Shown in pieces: positions 18,568-28,417 of a stretch of 64,000 bases of DNA. The number at the start of each line of letters is the position of its first letter. Positions within the stretch are counted from its first letter, which is position 1. The notes beneath the pieces are model-generated. The model did no database searches, was not told the DNA's origin, and saw only the letters and a list, made by a program, of their open reading frames with translations. The DNA is from an uncultured Gemmatimonadota bacterium (GTDB lineage Bacteria > Gemmatimonadota > Gemmatimonadetes > Palauibacterales > Palauibacteraceae), in NCBI GenBank assembly GCA_964510615.1, contig CAZEBA010000006.1:33807-97806 (forward strand), given 5' to 3'. The translations under genes and the position numbers were made by a program.

Positions 18568-18850
18568 TCGGAGCGAGCACCCCCGTAGGGCATACACCCC
18601 GGCGTCGTGCGAACACGCCGGGCCGATTGGTCCTCTCGGTCAGCCTCAGCCGATCGGAAGAGGAGATGGAGCCCAATCTGATCCTGGTCAGCTCGTCAAA
18701 CAAATCTGACGGGCCGGGGCGGCGTTCGTCCGGCTACCGGAAAGCCCGTTCCTCCGATAGGCTTCGATCGGTGCTGTTCCCGTTTGACGGGTGAGCACCG
18801 GAGCACGGACAGCAGAAGGAAGTTTTTTCCCATGCGGAAGCGGACGTGCC

Positions 18851-20020
18851 ATGCAAGGTGAGGCCGACGAGGGCTCCTACTCCCTCTTCGACCAGTCCGA
18901 GGTGGCCGGAGCGGATCAGGTCGACGTTACACCGGAGGAATCCCGACCCGGCGTCCAGCGGAATGCGGCGACGGAGCTCGACGCACTCTCCGCAACGGCG
19001 CTTATCACGGGAGCGACCGGTCTCATCGGGAGCCATGTCGCAGAGCTGTTTCGCGAGATGGGCTGGAGGGTTCGGGCGCTGATAAGGCCGGCCAGCAATG
19101 CGGCCTTCCTGGAAGAGCTCAGCTGCCAGTTCGTGTTGGCCGATCTAACCGACCCCGAAGCGGTGCGCGGCGCAGCGGAGGGCTGCGAGATCGTCATCCA
19201 CGCCGCGGCGCAGCTGGGCACGCCCGCCTCGATGGAGCAGCACGTCGAGGTGAACGTCGAGGGAACCCGCCGGATGCTGAGGGAGGCCATCCGTGCCGGC
19301 GTTCGTCGCTTCGTCCACCTCTCCAGCGTCGCGGTCTACGGAGCGCCTCCCCGTGACGCTCTCCCGCTGGACGAGGAATCGCCCCTCGACGGCCCGATCT
19401 CCAGGGACGATCACTACAGCCTCACCAAGCGAATGGCCGAGGACGTGGTGCGGAAGGCCGGCGAGCGGATCGAGTGGTGCATTCTCCGACCCGACATGGT
19501 GATGGGTGAGAGGGATCGGCTGTTCACCCCTGGCGTCGTTCGCTGGGCCTCCCGGCCGGTCCTGGCGACCCTGGGCGGCGGCCTCAGCGACCTTCCCCTG
19601 GTGTACGCGGGCAACGTCGCCCGGGCGGCCTGGCTTGCGGGCACGCACGGCGCGGCCGCCTGGCGCACCTACAACGTCACCGACGACGGCGAGCTCATCC
19701 AGAAGACTCTGGTCCGGATGGCCGCAGCGCGGGGCGCCGACGCCCCCGTCCTTCCTCTCCCCGTGCCGCTCGTTTCGCTCGTCGGCGAACTCGCCGGCGC
19801 GCTCCGCCGCGTTCTGCCTCGCGTCCGCCCGCTAGCGCTCACGCCGAACAGGATGCGCCTGTTTACCGAGGGAGATCCGTATTGCAGCGACCTGATCCGC
19901 AACGAGCTGGGATGGGAGCCCGTCGTGAGTACGGAGGAGGGGTGGCGGCGGGCGGTCGAGTGGTACCGGTCCACGGGGGCTGGCGGGGGACGACGGCAGG
20001 CGCGCGACGACGTCTTCTGA
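18851..20020 (+). CDS. NAD-dependent epimerase/dehydratase (3-beta-HSD-like)
   Basis: ITGATGLIG, SSVAVYG, YSLTK; start uncertain. Confidence 0.8.
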   Translation: MQGEADEGSYSLFDQSEVAGADQVDVTPEESRPGVQRNAATELDALSATALITGATGLIGSHVAELFREMGWRVRALIRPASNAAFLEELSCQFVLADLTDPEAVRGAAEGCEIVIHAAAQLGTPASMEQHVEVNVEGTRRMLREAIRAGVRRFVHLSSVAVYGAPPRDALPLDEESPLDGPISRDDHYSLTKRMAEDVVRKAGERIEWCILRPDMVMGERDRLFTPGVVRWASRPVLATLGGGLSDLPLVYAGNVARAAWLAGTHGAAAWRTYNVTDDGELIQKTLVRMAAARGADAPVLPLPVPLVSLVGELAGALRRVLPRVRPLALTPNRMRLFTEGDPYCSDLIRNELGWEPVVSTEEGWRRAVEWYRSTGAGGGRRQARDDVF

Positions 20021-20280
20021 CCTGGCGGGAGGCCCGGCCCGCTGTGGGACTTCCGTTGCGAGCTGAAATCAGCTAAAGTGTGAGACCTCGTGAGCTTGGA
20101 CGGGTCCGCTCTGGCCCCGTCCTTGCACGCGTGGGGCACGGCGCGCCCCGCCGGCGCCCACTTGCGCGATCGGGCCCGGGTTTACACGTTAAGTAGCCCC
20201 CCCATTCGCGCTAACTTGTATCTCGGGCCGCGATGTCTGCGCTCGAAAAGGGTAAAAGTGTCCCTGAAAGGGAGGCCTGC

Positions 20281-20937
20281 ATGGGTAAGAAGGGAAGTTC
20301 GCTGAAGACAGCCATTGCGGCGATGGCCGCCGTCGTGTTGGCCGGTGGGTGCAGCCACCTGGTTCACGTCGAGGAGCTGGACGCACGCTTCGCCGCCATC
20401 AACAGCAGCCTGGACGAGCACGCGGCTCAACTGGCGGGTCTCGCCGGCCTCGGCGCCGCCGTCGCGGACCTGGAAGGCCGAGTCAGCGCCCTCGAGGATG
20501 ACCTCGCAGCCCTGCGCCGCCAGTTCGAGGAGTGCGGCTGCGGCGGCATGGCTCTGGGCCTGCCCGTCTACTTCGACTTCAACTCCGACATTGTCCGCGA
20601 CGTTGACATGCCGATCCTGGACGAGTTCGCCCGCGTGATGAGTCGGGAGCACGGGAACGCCCTCGTCACGCTCGAGGGCTTCGCCGACCCTGCCGGCTCC
20701 GTCGCGTACAACGTCGGGCTCGGTCGGCGGCGGGCGGAGAACGTGCGTTCCTATCTGGTCAACGCGGGTATGAACGGGGACCGCCTCCGTGCCGTGAGCT
20801 ACGGTGAAGTCAGAAACCGTCAGGTCAATCCGGGTGCCACCGGCGCGCAGGATCCACAGAGCGGCATCGAGAACCGGCGCGTCACTTTCGTCCTTGAGTG
20901 GGACGGTCGGGCCGGCACGATCGGGCAGGGCATGTAG
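20281..20937 (+). CDS. OmpA/Pal-domain lipoprotein with N-terminal coiled coil
   Basis: Lipobox LAGGC; VYFDFN, EGFAD, YNVGLGRRRA, NRRV. Confidence 0.9.
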   Translation: MGKKGSSLKTAIAAMAAVVLAGGCSHLVHVEELDARFAAINSSLDEHAAQLAGLAGLGAAVADLEGRVSALEDDLAALRRQFEECGCGGMALGLPVYFDFNSDIVRDVDMPILDEFARVMSREHGNALVTLEGFADPAGSVAYNVGLGRRRAENVRSYLVNAGMNGDRLRAVSYGEVRNRQVNPGATGAQDPQSGIENRRVTFVLEWDGRAGTIGQGM

Positions 20938-21013
20938 CGCTCCCTCTTACCGACGGCCGTCGCGCGGCGGCGCAGGCCTCCGCTCATGTGAGCCAAGCGC
21001 GCGGCCAAGCCAG

Positions 21014-21049
21014 GCGGTCCCCGGCCCAGCCGGGGACCGCTTTTTCTTT
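21014..21049 (+). terminator. Rho-independent terminator
   Basis: GCGGTCCCCGGC-cca-GCCGGGGACCGC followed by TTTTTCTTT. Confidence 0.9.
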
Positions 21050-21094
21050 CCAGAGATCTCTCCCCGGCCGCTCCAGCGACCGGGGAGTGGGTAG

Positions 21095-22132
21095 GTGGCC
21101 ACCGTGGCCGTAGCAGCGGAAACCCTCGCCGACTACGAGGCAATGCAGGAGCGCGTGGCGCTCCTCGACGAGCAGGCGCGCCTCATCCTCCGCATCACGG
21201 GAGATCGCGTCGGCGAGATGCTGCAAGGCCTCACGACGAACGACGTAGGGCGCCTTTCTCCGGAAGAGTGCCTCTACGCGTTCATGCTCACGCCCAAGGG
21301 TCGGCCCGTTGCCGAGCTTCGGCTTCTTCGCCTCGCGAGCGGCTTCTGGCTGGATCTGCCGGAGCGCTGCGCCGAAGCGGCCACTGCACACCTCCGCAAG
21401 TATCTGCCCCCGATCTACGCCACCTTCGAGGACGCCGGCGTCGCGCGCCTCGGTGTGCTGGGACGGGACGCCGGGAGGGCCGTCGATGCCTGGGCCGGTC
21501 AATCCGTGACCGATCGCCTCGGTGCTCTGGCGGCACGGGAGCTCGATACGCCGTTCGGGTACGCCGTCATCGCTGGAAGAGAGGCGATCGAGGGAGCGGG
21601 CTTCGACCTCTACGTCGAGCGCAGTCGCCTCGACCAGGCCCGCTCCGCCCTCGCCCGGCACGTGGGTGCACTCGGTGGGCGCGTCGCGTCGCGGCTCGCC
21701 TGGGAGATCCTACGCGTGGAAAGCGGGCTCCCTGTCCACGGGATCGACTTCAGCGAGGCGAACCTGGCGCAGGAGGCCGGCCAGGACGCCCGTGCGCTCA
21801 GCTTCGACAAGGGTTGCTACACGGGCCAGGAAGTGGTTGCCCGGATACACTTTCGCGGCCACGTGAACCGAATCCTCCGTGGCATCCGCCTTCCCGAATC
21901 CTCCCTTCGACCGGGGACCACTCTCTACCTGGGCGGTCGACCCTGCGTCACTCTGACCTCGGTGGTCCAATCCCCTCGGTTCGGGACTATTGCCCTCGGA
22001 CTGACTCGCACGGAAGCAGCTCCCGGGTCTCTCCTCTCCGTCGAGCGGGGCGGTGACCCGCTCGCGGAGGTCGTCGCCCTGCCCTTTCAGGAATCCCGCG
22101 CGCCGATCACGGATCCGCCCCGCCCTCCTTGA
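21095..22132 (+). CDS. ygfZ: YgfZ/GcvT-like folate-binding protein
   Basis: LQGLTTND, KGCYTGQEVVAR signature. Confidence 0.9.
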   Translation: MATVAVAAETLADYEAMQERVALLDEQARLILRITGDRVGEMLQGLTTNDVGRLSPEECLYAFMLTPKGRPVAELRLLRLASGFWLDLPERCAEAATAHLRKYLPPIYATFEDAGVARLGVLGRDAGRAVDAWAGQSVTDRLGALAARELDTPFGYAVIAGREAIEGAGFDLYVERSRLDQARSALARHVGALGGRVASRLAWEILRVESGLPVHGIDFSEANLAQEAGQDARALSFDKGCYTGQEVVARIHFRGHVNRILRGIRLPESSLRPGTTLYLGGRPCVTLTSVVQSPRFGTIALGLTRTEAAPGSLLSVERGGDPLAEVVALPFQESRAPITDPPRPP

Positions 22133-22166
22133 GGCGCCCGACGTTTCGGCCTCGATCGACCCGCCA

Positions 22167-22198
22167 GCGCTTTACAGGTAAAGCGCGACGGTAAAGCG
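22167..22198. promoter_or_regulatory. GTAAAG-motif operator-like site (palindrome plus direct repeat)
   Basis: GCGCTTTAC-ag-GTAAAGCGC palindrome, then a second GTAAAG 13 bp after the first. Confidence 0.6.
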
Positions 22199-22254
22199 AA
22201 CACGGCCTCGGGGCGCCTGGCGGCCGGTAATGCCAACCGGGCTTCCCGGGTCGA

Positions 22255-22283
22255 TTGAACTCGCCCGAAGGCCGAGGTATGTT
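22255..22283 (+). promoter_or_regulatory. sigma70-type promoter of the 2-oxoacid dehydrogenase operon
   Basis: TTGAAC-N17-TATGTT. Confidence 0.6.
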
Positions 22284-22318
22284 TTCCCGATTCATCACCT
22301 ACGAACGGAGCCTGCGAG

Positions 22319-23356
22319 TTGGCATCTCTGACACGGGAGCAGCTGCGCGATCTCTATCGCTACCTGCTGCTCACCCGGGGGCTCGAGGACCGGCTGGAGC
22401 GGCTGCTCCGGCAAGGGTTCTTCTGGGGCGGCCTGTATCGCAGCCTCGGACAGGAGGCGACGGCCGTCGGTGCGGCCGCTGCACTCGAGGCCGGGGATTG
22501 GCTGGCCCCTTCGCTTCGGGAGACCGGAGCCCTCCTGGTCCGCGGCGTGGAGCCGGTCCATCTCCTACGCCAGTACCTGGCTCGAGCCGGGTCGCCCTCC
22601 GGCGGAAAAGACAGCGCCTGCCACTTCTCGCTGCCTGAGCTGCACCTGCTCGGACCGATCGGTCCGCTCGGTCCGCAGCTCAGCGTGCTGGCCGGCGTGG
22701 CGTTGGCCCTGCGCCTGCGGCGGGAATCGCGCGTCTGTCTGACCTTTCTCGGGGACGGAGCCAGCCGTACGGGGGTCGCTCATGAGGGCTTCAACTTCGC
22801 CGCCGTGCAGCGGCTGCCGGTGGTGATCGTCCTCGTACACAACCGTTGGGCCTTCTCCACCCGCAGCGATCGCCAGGCCGCCGTCGACGACTGGCTGGAC
22901 GTCGCCGCCGCGTACGGTGTGCCAGCTGCCTCGGTCGACGGCAACGACGTGCTTCTCGTTCACGATGAGGTCCGGCGAGCCGTGGACCGCTCTCGACGCG
23001 GCGAAGGCACCATGATGGTGGTGGCGGAGACGTACCGGATGGCAGGTCACGCCGAACACGACCCGCAGTCCTATGTCGCCGGCGACGAGCTTGCCGCCTG
23101 GCGAGCCCGGGATCCGATCGACCGGCTCGAGACCTACCTTGTGGAGGCCGGCTTCGAGTCGCGAGCGGGACTGGCGGTCGTGAAGGAGTCCGTCCGCCGG
23201 GAGCTGGAAGCCGCCGTCGAGATGGCGCTTTCCTCGGAGATGCCGGAGCCCGAAGAAGCCAGATTCGGGACCTGGGCCGCCGACGCCGCCTCCGTTCCCT
23301 GGACACGATGCTCGCCGGTGTACGACGACCTGCAGGTGCCGAGGAGCGAGCGGTGA
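22319..23356 (+). CDS. 2-oxoacid dehydrogenase E1 alpha subunit (TPP)
   Basis: SLGQEA, GDGA TPP motif, VDGND, YRMAGHAEHD; TTG start. Confidence 0.9.
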   Translation: MASLTREQLRDLYRYLLLTRGLEDRLERLLRQGFFWGGLYRSLGQEATAVGAAAALEAGDWLAPSLRETGALLVRGVEPVHLLRQYLARAGSPSGGKDSACHFSLPELHLLGPIGPLGPQLSVLAGVALALRLRRESRVCLTFLGDGASRTGVAHEGFNFAAVQRLPVVIVLVHNRWAFSTRSDRQAAVDDWLDVAAAYGVPAASVDGNDVLLVHDEVRRAVDRSRRGEGTMMVVAETYRMAGHAEHDPQSYVAGDELAAWRARDPIDRLETYLVEAGFESRAGLAVVKESVRRELEAAVEMALSSEMPEPEEARFGTWAADAASVPWTRCSPVYDDLQVPRSER

Positions 23357-24402
23357 GCGAGCCGCGATCGGCCACGTCCCCGGCGATGCAGCGCGGCGCG
23401 AGATCCCCATCCGAAGCCGCCGTGGCGGAGACCACCTACCTCGAGGCGATCCGCCAGGCGATCTGGGAGGAGATGAAGACCGATCCGACCGTCTTCATCC
23501 TCGGCGAGGACATCGGAACCTACGGGGGTGCGTTCAAGATCACCGAGGGCTTCCTGGAGGAGTTCGGGCCGGAGCGGGTCATCGACACGCCGATATCCGA
23601 AGCGGCGATCGTGGGAGCCGCGATCGGGGCCGCAGCGATGGGCTTCAAGCCGATCGCCGAGATGCAGTTCATCGATTTCATCGCCCCGGCGTTCGACATG
23701 ATCGTGAACTTCGCCGCCAAGGTCCGATACCGAACGGGCGTTGGCGCGCCCCTCGTGATCCGCGGCCCGTGCGGAGGAGGAGCGAACGCCGGTCCTTTTC
23801 ACTCCCAGAACGTCGAGTCGTACTTCGCCAACGTCGCGGGCCTCAAGATGGTGGCGCCGGCGACGGCGTACGACGCCAAGGGCCTCCTGCGGGCGGCGAT
23901 TCGAGATCCCGATCCCGTGCTGTATTTCGAGCACAAGTACCTCTACCGCCGCGTCAAGGAGCCGTTGCCCACGGACGAGGAGATCTTCGTGCCGCTCGGG
24001 GTCGCCAGAACGCAACGGTCGGGCACCGATCTCACGCTGGTCACGTACGGCGCGATGCTGTACAAGGCCGAGGCGGCCGCGGAGCGTATCGCTGCGGACG
24101 ATGGCGCCGAGGTCGAGATTCTGGACCTTCGTACTTTGCGGCCACTCGACACGCCGGCGATCGTCGAGAGCGTGAAGAAGACCGGGCGGGTCCTGATCGT
24201 ACACGAGGCCCCGCGCTTCGGTGGCTTCGCGGGTGAGATCACGGCCCGGATCTGCGAGGAAGCCTTCGAGTGGCTGGATGCCCCGATTCGGCGCGTGACA
24301 GCCCTCGATACGCCCGTGCCGTACTCCCCGCCGCTGGAAGAATATTATCTGCCGCAGACCGAGGATATCGTGACGGCAGCCCGGTGGCTGCTCGCCTACT
24401 AG
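23353..24402 (+). CDS. 2-oxoacid dehydrogenase E1 beta subunit
   Basis: GEDIG, DTPISE, EMQFIDF, HSQ, DLRTLRP; start could be later (about 23422). Confidence 0.92.
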   Translation: MSEPRSATSPAMQRGARSPSEAAVAETTYLEAIRQAIWEEMKTDPTVFILGEDIGTYGGAFKITEGFLEEFGPERVIDTPISEAAIVGAAIGAAAMGFKPIAEMQFIDFIAPAFDMIVNFAAKVRYRTGVGAPLVIRGPCGGGANAGPFHSQNVESYFANVAGLKMVAPATAYDAKGLLRAAIRDPDPVLYFEHKYLYRRVKEPLPTDEEIFVPLGVARTQRSGTDLTLVTYGAMLYKAEAAAERIAADDGAEVEILDLRTLRPLDTPAIVESVKKTGRVLIVHEAPRFGGFAGEITARICEEAFEWLDAPIRRVTALDTPVPYSPPLEEYYLPQTEDIVTAARWLLAY

Positions 24403-24487
24403 GCAGAGGTATCGGCTTCTTCAAGGTCCGGGTGAGAGCGTCGTCCGCCGGGACCGAGCGGAAAACCTGAACAACGGAGAGGTCTCG

Positions 24488-25993
24488 ATGGCCAGGGTCG
24501 ATGTGATCATGCCCCAGATGGGCGAATCGATCGCAGAAGGAACCCTCACCCGGTGGATCAAGAAGGTCGGCGAGGCGGTCGAGCGCGACGAAGACTTGTT
24601 CGAGATCTCGACCGACAAGGTCGACGCCGACATTCCGTCTCCGGCCAGCGGCACCCTGGCCGAGATCCTCGTCGAGGAAGGGGAGACGGTGGAGGTGAAC
24701 ACCATCGTCGCGCGCATCGAGACGGAGAAGCAGGCGGAAGTCGCGCCCGAGCCGGCTACCGCCGAGGCACCTGCCGGCGCTGCTCCCGCTGAGCCAGCAA
24801 TCGCCGAGCCGGCTGCCGGCGCTGCTGCCACAGAGCCAGCTATCGCCGAGCCGGCTGCCATCGCGGCCGCCGCCACTGAGGCCACCCAGGAGCCGTCCGC
24901 CGGTCTCTCGCAGCCAGCACGGCGGACCGACGGTGACCGATCCGAGCCTGAGAGCAGGGAAGGGAGACTGCAGACCCGCTCTACGCCACTCGTCCGCAAG
25001 ATCGCGGCCGAACACGGGGTCGAGATCGCCCACGTCGAGGGCACGGGCATCGCCGGCCGCGTAACCCGCGACGACATCGTGGCGTTCATCGAGGCCCGCG
25101 ATGCGACCCCGCGCAAAGAGGCCGTGCAGACCACGACCACGCCGGCACCCGCGGCAGCGGCGGCTCCGGCCGCCTCCCCCGTAGCCCCTGCGCCCCCCGC
25201 CGCACCCGGGCCACCCGGTGTGCTCCTCCTACCGATCCACGGGACCACGCTCGAAGTCAAGATTCCGCGGGTGCCGATTCGCGAGGGAGACCGCGTCGAG
25301 GACATGAGCCGTGTCCGTCTCCGCACCATGGAACACATGCTGATGTCGCAGCACGTGTCGGCTCACGTGACCTCCGTTACGGAGATCGACTTCGAGCGAG
25401 TAGTCCAGCTACGCGGGAAGCTGAAGCCCAGGTTCGATGCCGAGGGCGCAAAGTTGACCTATGGCCCCTTCATCATGCGCGCCGTGGTCGAAGGCCTGAA
25501 GGCATATCCCATCCTCAACGCATCGGTCGATGGCACACGGATCATCTATCACGGAGACATCAACCTCGGCATCGCCGTCGCCATTGACGACGGGAGGGAA
25601 TTGATCGTTCCGGTGCTCAAGAACGCCGATCGCCTCAACCTCATGGGTCTGGCCGAGGGCGCCAACGCCCTGGCGGAGAAGGCACGGACCCGCACGCTCG
25701 ACTTCGATGACATCCAGGGTGGCACGTTCACCATCACCAACGTCGGCGTCTTCGGCAATCAGTTCGGGACGCCGATCATCAACCAGCCGCAGGTGGCGAT
25801 CCTCGGCACGGGTGTGATCGAGAAGCGCCCGGTGGTCGTGAAGGACGACATGGGGAGAGATGCCATCGGGATCCGCCACATGTCCTATTTCGGGCTCAGC
25901 TACGACCATCGTGTCGTCGACGGAGCGATGGCGGCGTTCTTCCTGAACAAGGTACAGGAGGTGCTCGAGAACTTCCCGGAGGACGCCGTTTGA
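24488..25993 (+). CDS. Dihydrolipoamide acyltransferase E2
   Basis: Lipoyl domain ISTDKV, PSBD GTGIAGRVTRDD, catalytic DHRVVDG. Confidence 0.93.
   Translation: MARVDVIMPQMGESIAEGTLTRWIKKVGEAVERDEDLFEISTDKVDADIPSPASGTLAEILVEEGETVEVNTIVARIETEKQAEVAPEPATAEAPAGAAPAEPAIAEPAAGAAATEPAIAEPAAIAAAATEATQEPSAGLSQPARRTDGDRSEPESREGRLQTRSTPLVRKIAAEHGVEIAHVEGTGIAGRVTRDDIVAFIEARDATPRKEAVQTTTTPAPAAAAAPAASPVAPAPPAAPGPPGVLLLPIHGTTLEVKIPRVPIREGDRVEDMSRVRLRTMEHMLMSQHVSAHVTSVTEIDFERVVQLRGKLKPRFDAEGAKLTYGPFIMRAVVEGLKAYPILNASVDGTRIIYHGDINLGIAVAIDDGRELIVPVLKNADRLNLMGLAEGANALAEKARTRTLDFDDIQGGTFTITNVGVFGNQFGTPIINQPQVAILGTGVIEKRPVVVKDDMGRDAIGIRHMSYFGLSYDHRVVDGAMAAFFLNKVQEVLENFPEDAV
24773..24856 (+). repeat. In-frame 42-bp tandem duplication in the E2 linker
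   Basis: gccggcgctgctcccgctgagccagcaatcgccgagccggct / gccggcgctgctgccacagagccagctatcgccgagccggct. Confidence 0.85.
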
Positions 25994-26041
25994 TCGCGGC
26001 CCGGTAGGCCCGGTAGCACACCGGCCGCGCCGTTCTCCTCC

Positions 26042-28417
26042 CTACTCGGGGCCGGCGCGTCTCAGCGCAGCGAACAGGAGCGGGAGGGTGGCAAGCGATT
26101 GCCCCCGGTACTGCGGACGGACGCCGAACAGGACGACCCGTCCCTTCCCGACGCCCACCTCGACCACCGCCGCCCGGCCGGATAAGTACTCCGACCCCTG
26201 CAGCCAGCCGCTCAGCAGCAGCGGCTCCGCTGCGTACCGGGCAACGGTCCGCACGCCGGAGCTGTCGACGGCCTCGAAAGCGGCTCCACCTTCCAGCCAG
26301 GCAGCCGTCTCCTTCGGTAGCCCATCGCCCATCCGGCTCCGCCGATCGATTTCGATCCGCACCAGCGATCCAGGAGCCGAGTAACCGACGCCCTCGAGGC
26401 CGGCGACGACATTCCGCACCGGCAGCTTGAGCTCTTCGATCACCCAATCGGCGGAACGATTCAGCGCTACCAGCGTTCCGCCACCCACCAGGAATTCTCT
26501 CAGCGCAGCTACGCCCGCCGCGGTCAGCCCCCCATCCATCCCCGGCGGAACCGAATCGGCCCCTCGCCCCTCGCGCAGGACATCCGTGGAGATGGAAGGA
26601 AGCAGCAGGCTGGTGAACCCGTCCAGCCGGCCCGAGTTGATCTCCTCGTTGTGAACCGTCGCGTACGAGACCCCGAAACGGTCGAAGATCCACCGGGTCC
26701 ACCCCTCATCGATGGAAGGATCCCACGGTTGGTAGAGCGCCACGCGGGTGGCGGATCCAGCCAGGCCGGCCGCCGCGGTCAGCGACCCGGGCAGGTGGGG
26801 AGCGGCCTTGACGGCCTCCGCCTCGACATCGATCGGCGCCTCGACCGCCACGGCCTCGACGCCGAACAGCAGCGGCAGCGAATGTGCGGTCACGTCGTAC
26901 GGCTCCAGGAGCGGACCTTCCTCGTACTGGCGGAGGTCCGGGTACCGTCCCGCTTCGAGAACCGCCTGGGCGAAAGCCGCATAGGGCTGCCGCATCTTTA
27001 CGATGTAGCTCCCTGCCGGGAACCTCCGGGCGACCGCGAGGAACGGTCGCTGCGCACGCTCCACTTCAACCCCGGCCCGCCGGAGCACGGTCACCAGCTC
27101 CACGACACCGATCTCGGGCCACGCCCGACGGTCACCGGCCGCTTCCAGCCCGCCGCCGGCCGCCTGGCCGCCATCAGCCGGAATCACCCAGGCGGCCGGC
27201 CAGCTGGACCATCCCGCCACCGCCCGTTCGCCGACCGCCAGGAAATTACGGAGCCACGTTTCCCGGTTGCGTGCCGCGTGCCGCAGCAGCGAGAACGCCG
27301 CCGCCTCCATGTAATCGACGATGTCGGCCAGCCTCCAGATTCCGCCCTCCCACGGCTCCGGGAAGTTCCACGACCGGGTCAGCGGATCGAAGCCCCGACG
27401 TCCCTCGAGCTCCTCCGGCCTCACCTCGAGGGGTGTGGCGAGCGTCGCGCTAGCGGTTTCGGAGAGCAGACGGACACCGGCATGGTAGTGCGGATAGGCT
27501 CGAGCGGGTGTCCAGGCGTCATAAATCGCATGGACGACGACTCCCTTCTTCCCCTCGCGGACGAGGCTCCACGCGATCTCCGTCCCCAGTGCATTCGCCG
27601 CCGAGATGAGCAGGGGATCTACGTTCGGCTCGATCGGATCCAGCCAGGGCGGCACGAAGAACCGGCTACCGTAAGAACCCTGCTGGTGAACGTCATGAAC
27701 GATCTGCGGGTGCCACGCATTGTGCACCCGGTCGACCGCCAGGCGCGTCTCGACCTGGGTGAAGGCGTACCAATCCCTGTTGTTGTCGTGTCCGACGTAG
27801 TGGTGATAGAGAAAGGGCGGCGATGCACCCTCCCACGGCGTCCCCACGGAACGACGGTACCAGTCCACCACCAAGTCCACTCCGTCGGGATTCAGGGAAG
27901 GAACGAGCAACACCACCGTGTTTTCCAGGATCTCCCGGGTCTCCGGGTCATCCGAGCTCGCGAGCCGGTAGGCCATGCGAAGCGGTAGCTGGCTACTGCC
28001 GACCTCGGTGGAGTGGATCGAACACGTGATCAGGACGATCGTCCGTCCCGCCCGAATCAGCGCCTCGCGGTGTACCGAGTCCCGAATCCGCCGCGGATCG
28101 GCCAGCTCCGCCTGCACCTCTCGCAGATGCTCGAGCGCTGCGAGGTTCGATGGCTCGCTGATCGTCACCAGCACGAACGGGCGGCCGAGCGTCGTCGCTC
28201 CGAGGGTGTCGAGCCGGACCCGATCGCTCGACGCGGCCAGCTCCGATAGATAACCGGTGATCTCCGTCCAGTCGGCCAGGCGTCGATCCGCTCCCACGGG
28301 GTAGCCTAGATACTCCCGCGGCGAGGGCTGCGCACCGGCGAAGGCCGCGGATGTGAGCCAGACGGCCACGGCGAGCGCCCCGACCGCAGGCGGGCCCGGC
28401 CTCGAGATGGTCCTCAC
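26042..28417 (-). CDS. Secreted M14 zinc carboxypeptidase-family protein
   Basis: Signal peptide ending AFAGAQ, IHSTE, LNPDG, DNNRD, DVHQ; GTGA overlap with HAD gene. Confidence 0.85.
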   Translation of the reverse strand: MRTISRPGPPAVGALAVAVWLTSAAFAGAQPSPREYLGYPVGADRRLADWTEITGYLSELAASSDRVRLDTLGATTLGRPFVLVTISEPSNLAALEHLREVQAELADPRRIRDSVHREALIRAGRTIVLITCSIHSTEVGSSQLPLRMAYRLASSDDPETREILENTVVLLVPSLNPDGVDLVVDWYRRSVGTPWEGASPPFLYHHYVGHDNNRDWYAFTQVETRLAVDRVHNAWHPQIVHDVHQQGSYGSRFFVPPWLDPIEPNVDPLLISAANALGTEIAWSLVREGKKGVVVHAIYDAWTPARAYPHYHAGVRLLSETASATLATPLEVRPEELEGRRGFDPLTRSWNFPEPWEGGIWRLADIVDYMEAAAFSLLRHAARNRETWLRNFLAVGERAVAGWSSWPAAWVIPADGGQAAGGGLEAAGDRRAWPEIGVVELVTVLRRAGVEVERAQRPFLAVARRFPAGSYIVKMRQPYAAFAQAVLEAGRYPDLRQYEEGPLLEPYDVTAHSLPLLFGVEAVAVEAPIDVEAEAVKAAPHLPGSLTAAAGLAGSATRVALYQPWDPSIDEGWTRWIFDRFGVSYATVHNEEINSGRLDGFTSLLLPSISTDVLREGRGADSVPPGMDGGLTAAGVAALREFLVGGGTLVALNRSADWVIEELKLPVRNVVAGLEGVGYSAPGSLVRIEIDRRSRMGDGLPKETAAWLEGGAAFEAVDSSGVRTVARYAAEPLLLSGWLQGSEYLSGRAAVVEVGVGKGRVVLFGVRPQYRGQSLATLPLLFAALRRAGPE

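Noticed and set aside
18600-18703. Possible queD remnant upstream of queE
   Set aside because: Resemblance too weak; no catalytic His/Cys motifs
20021-20110. Cobalamin or c-di-AMP riboswitch-like fragments (GAGACC, TCAGCTAA)
   Set aside because: Only short words match; core architecture absent
24773-24856. Repeat as CRISPR or mobile-element signature
   Set aside because: Two in-frame copies in an Ala/Pro linker, no spacers and no cas genes
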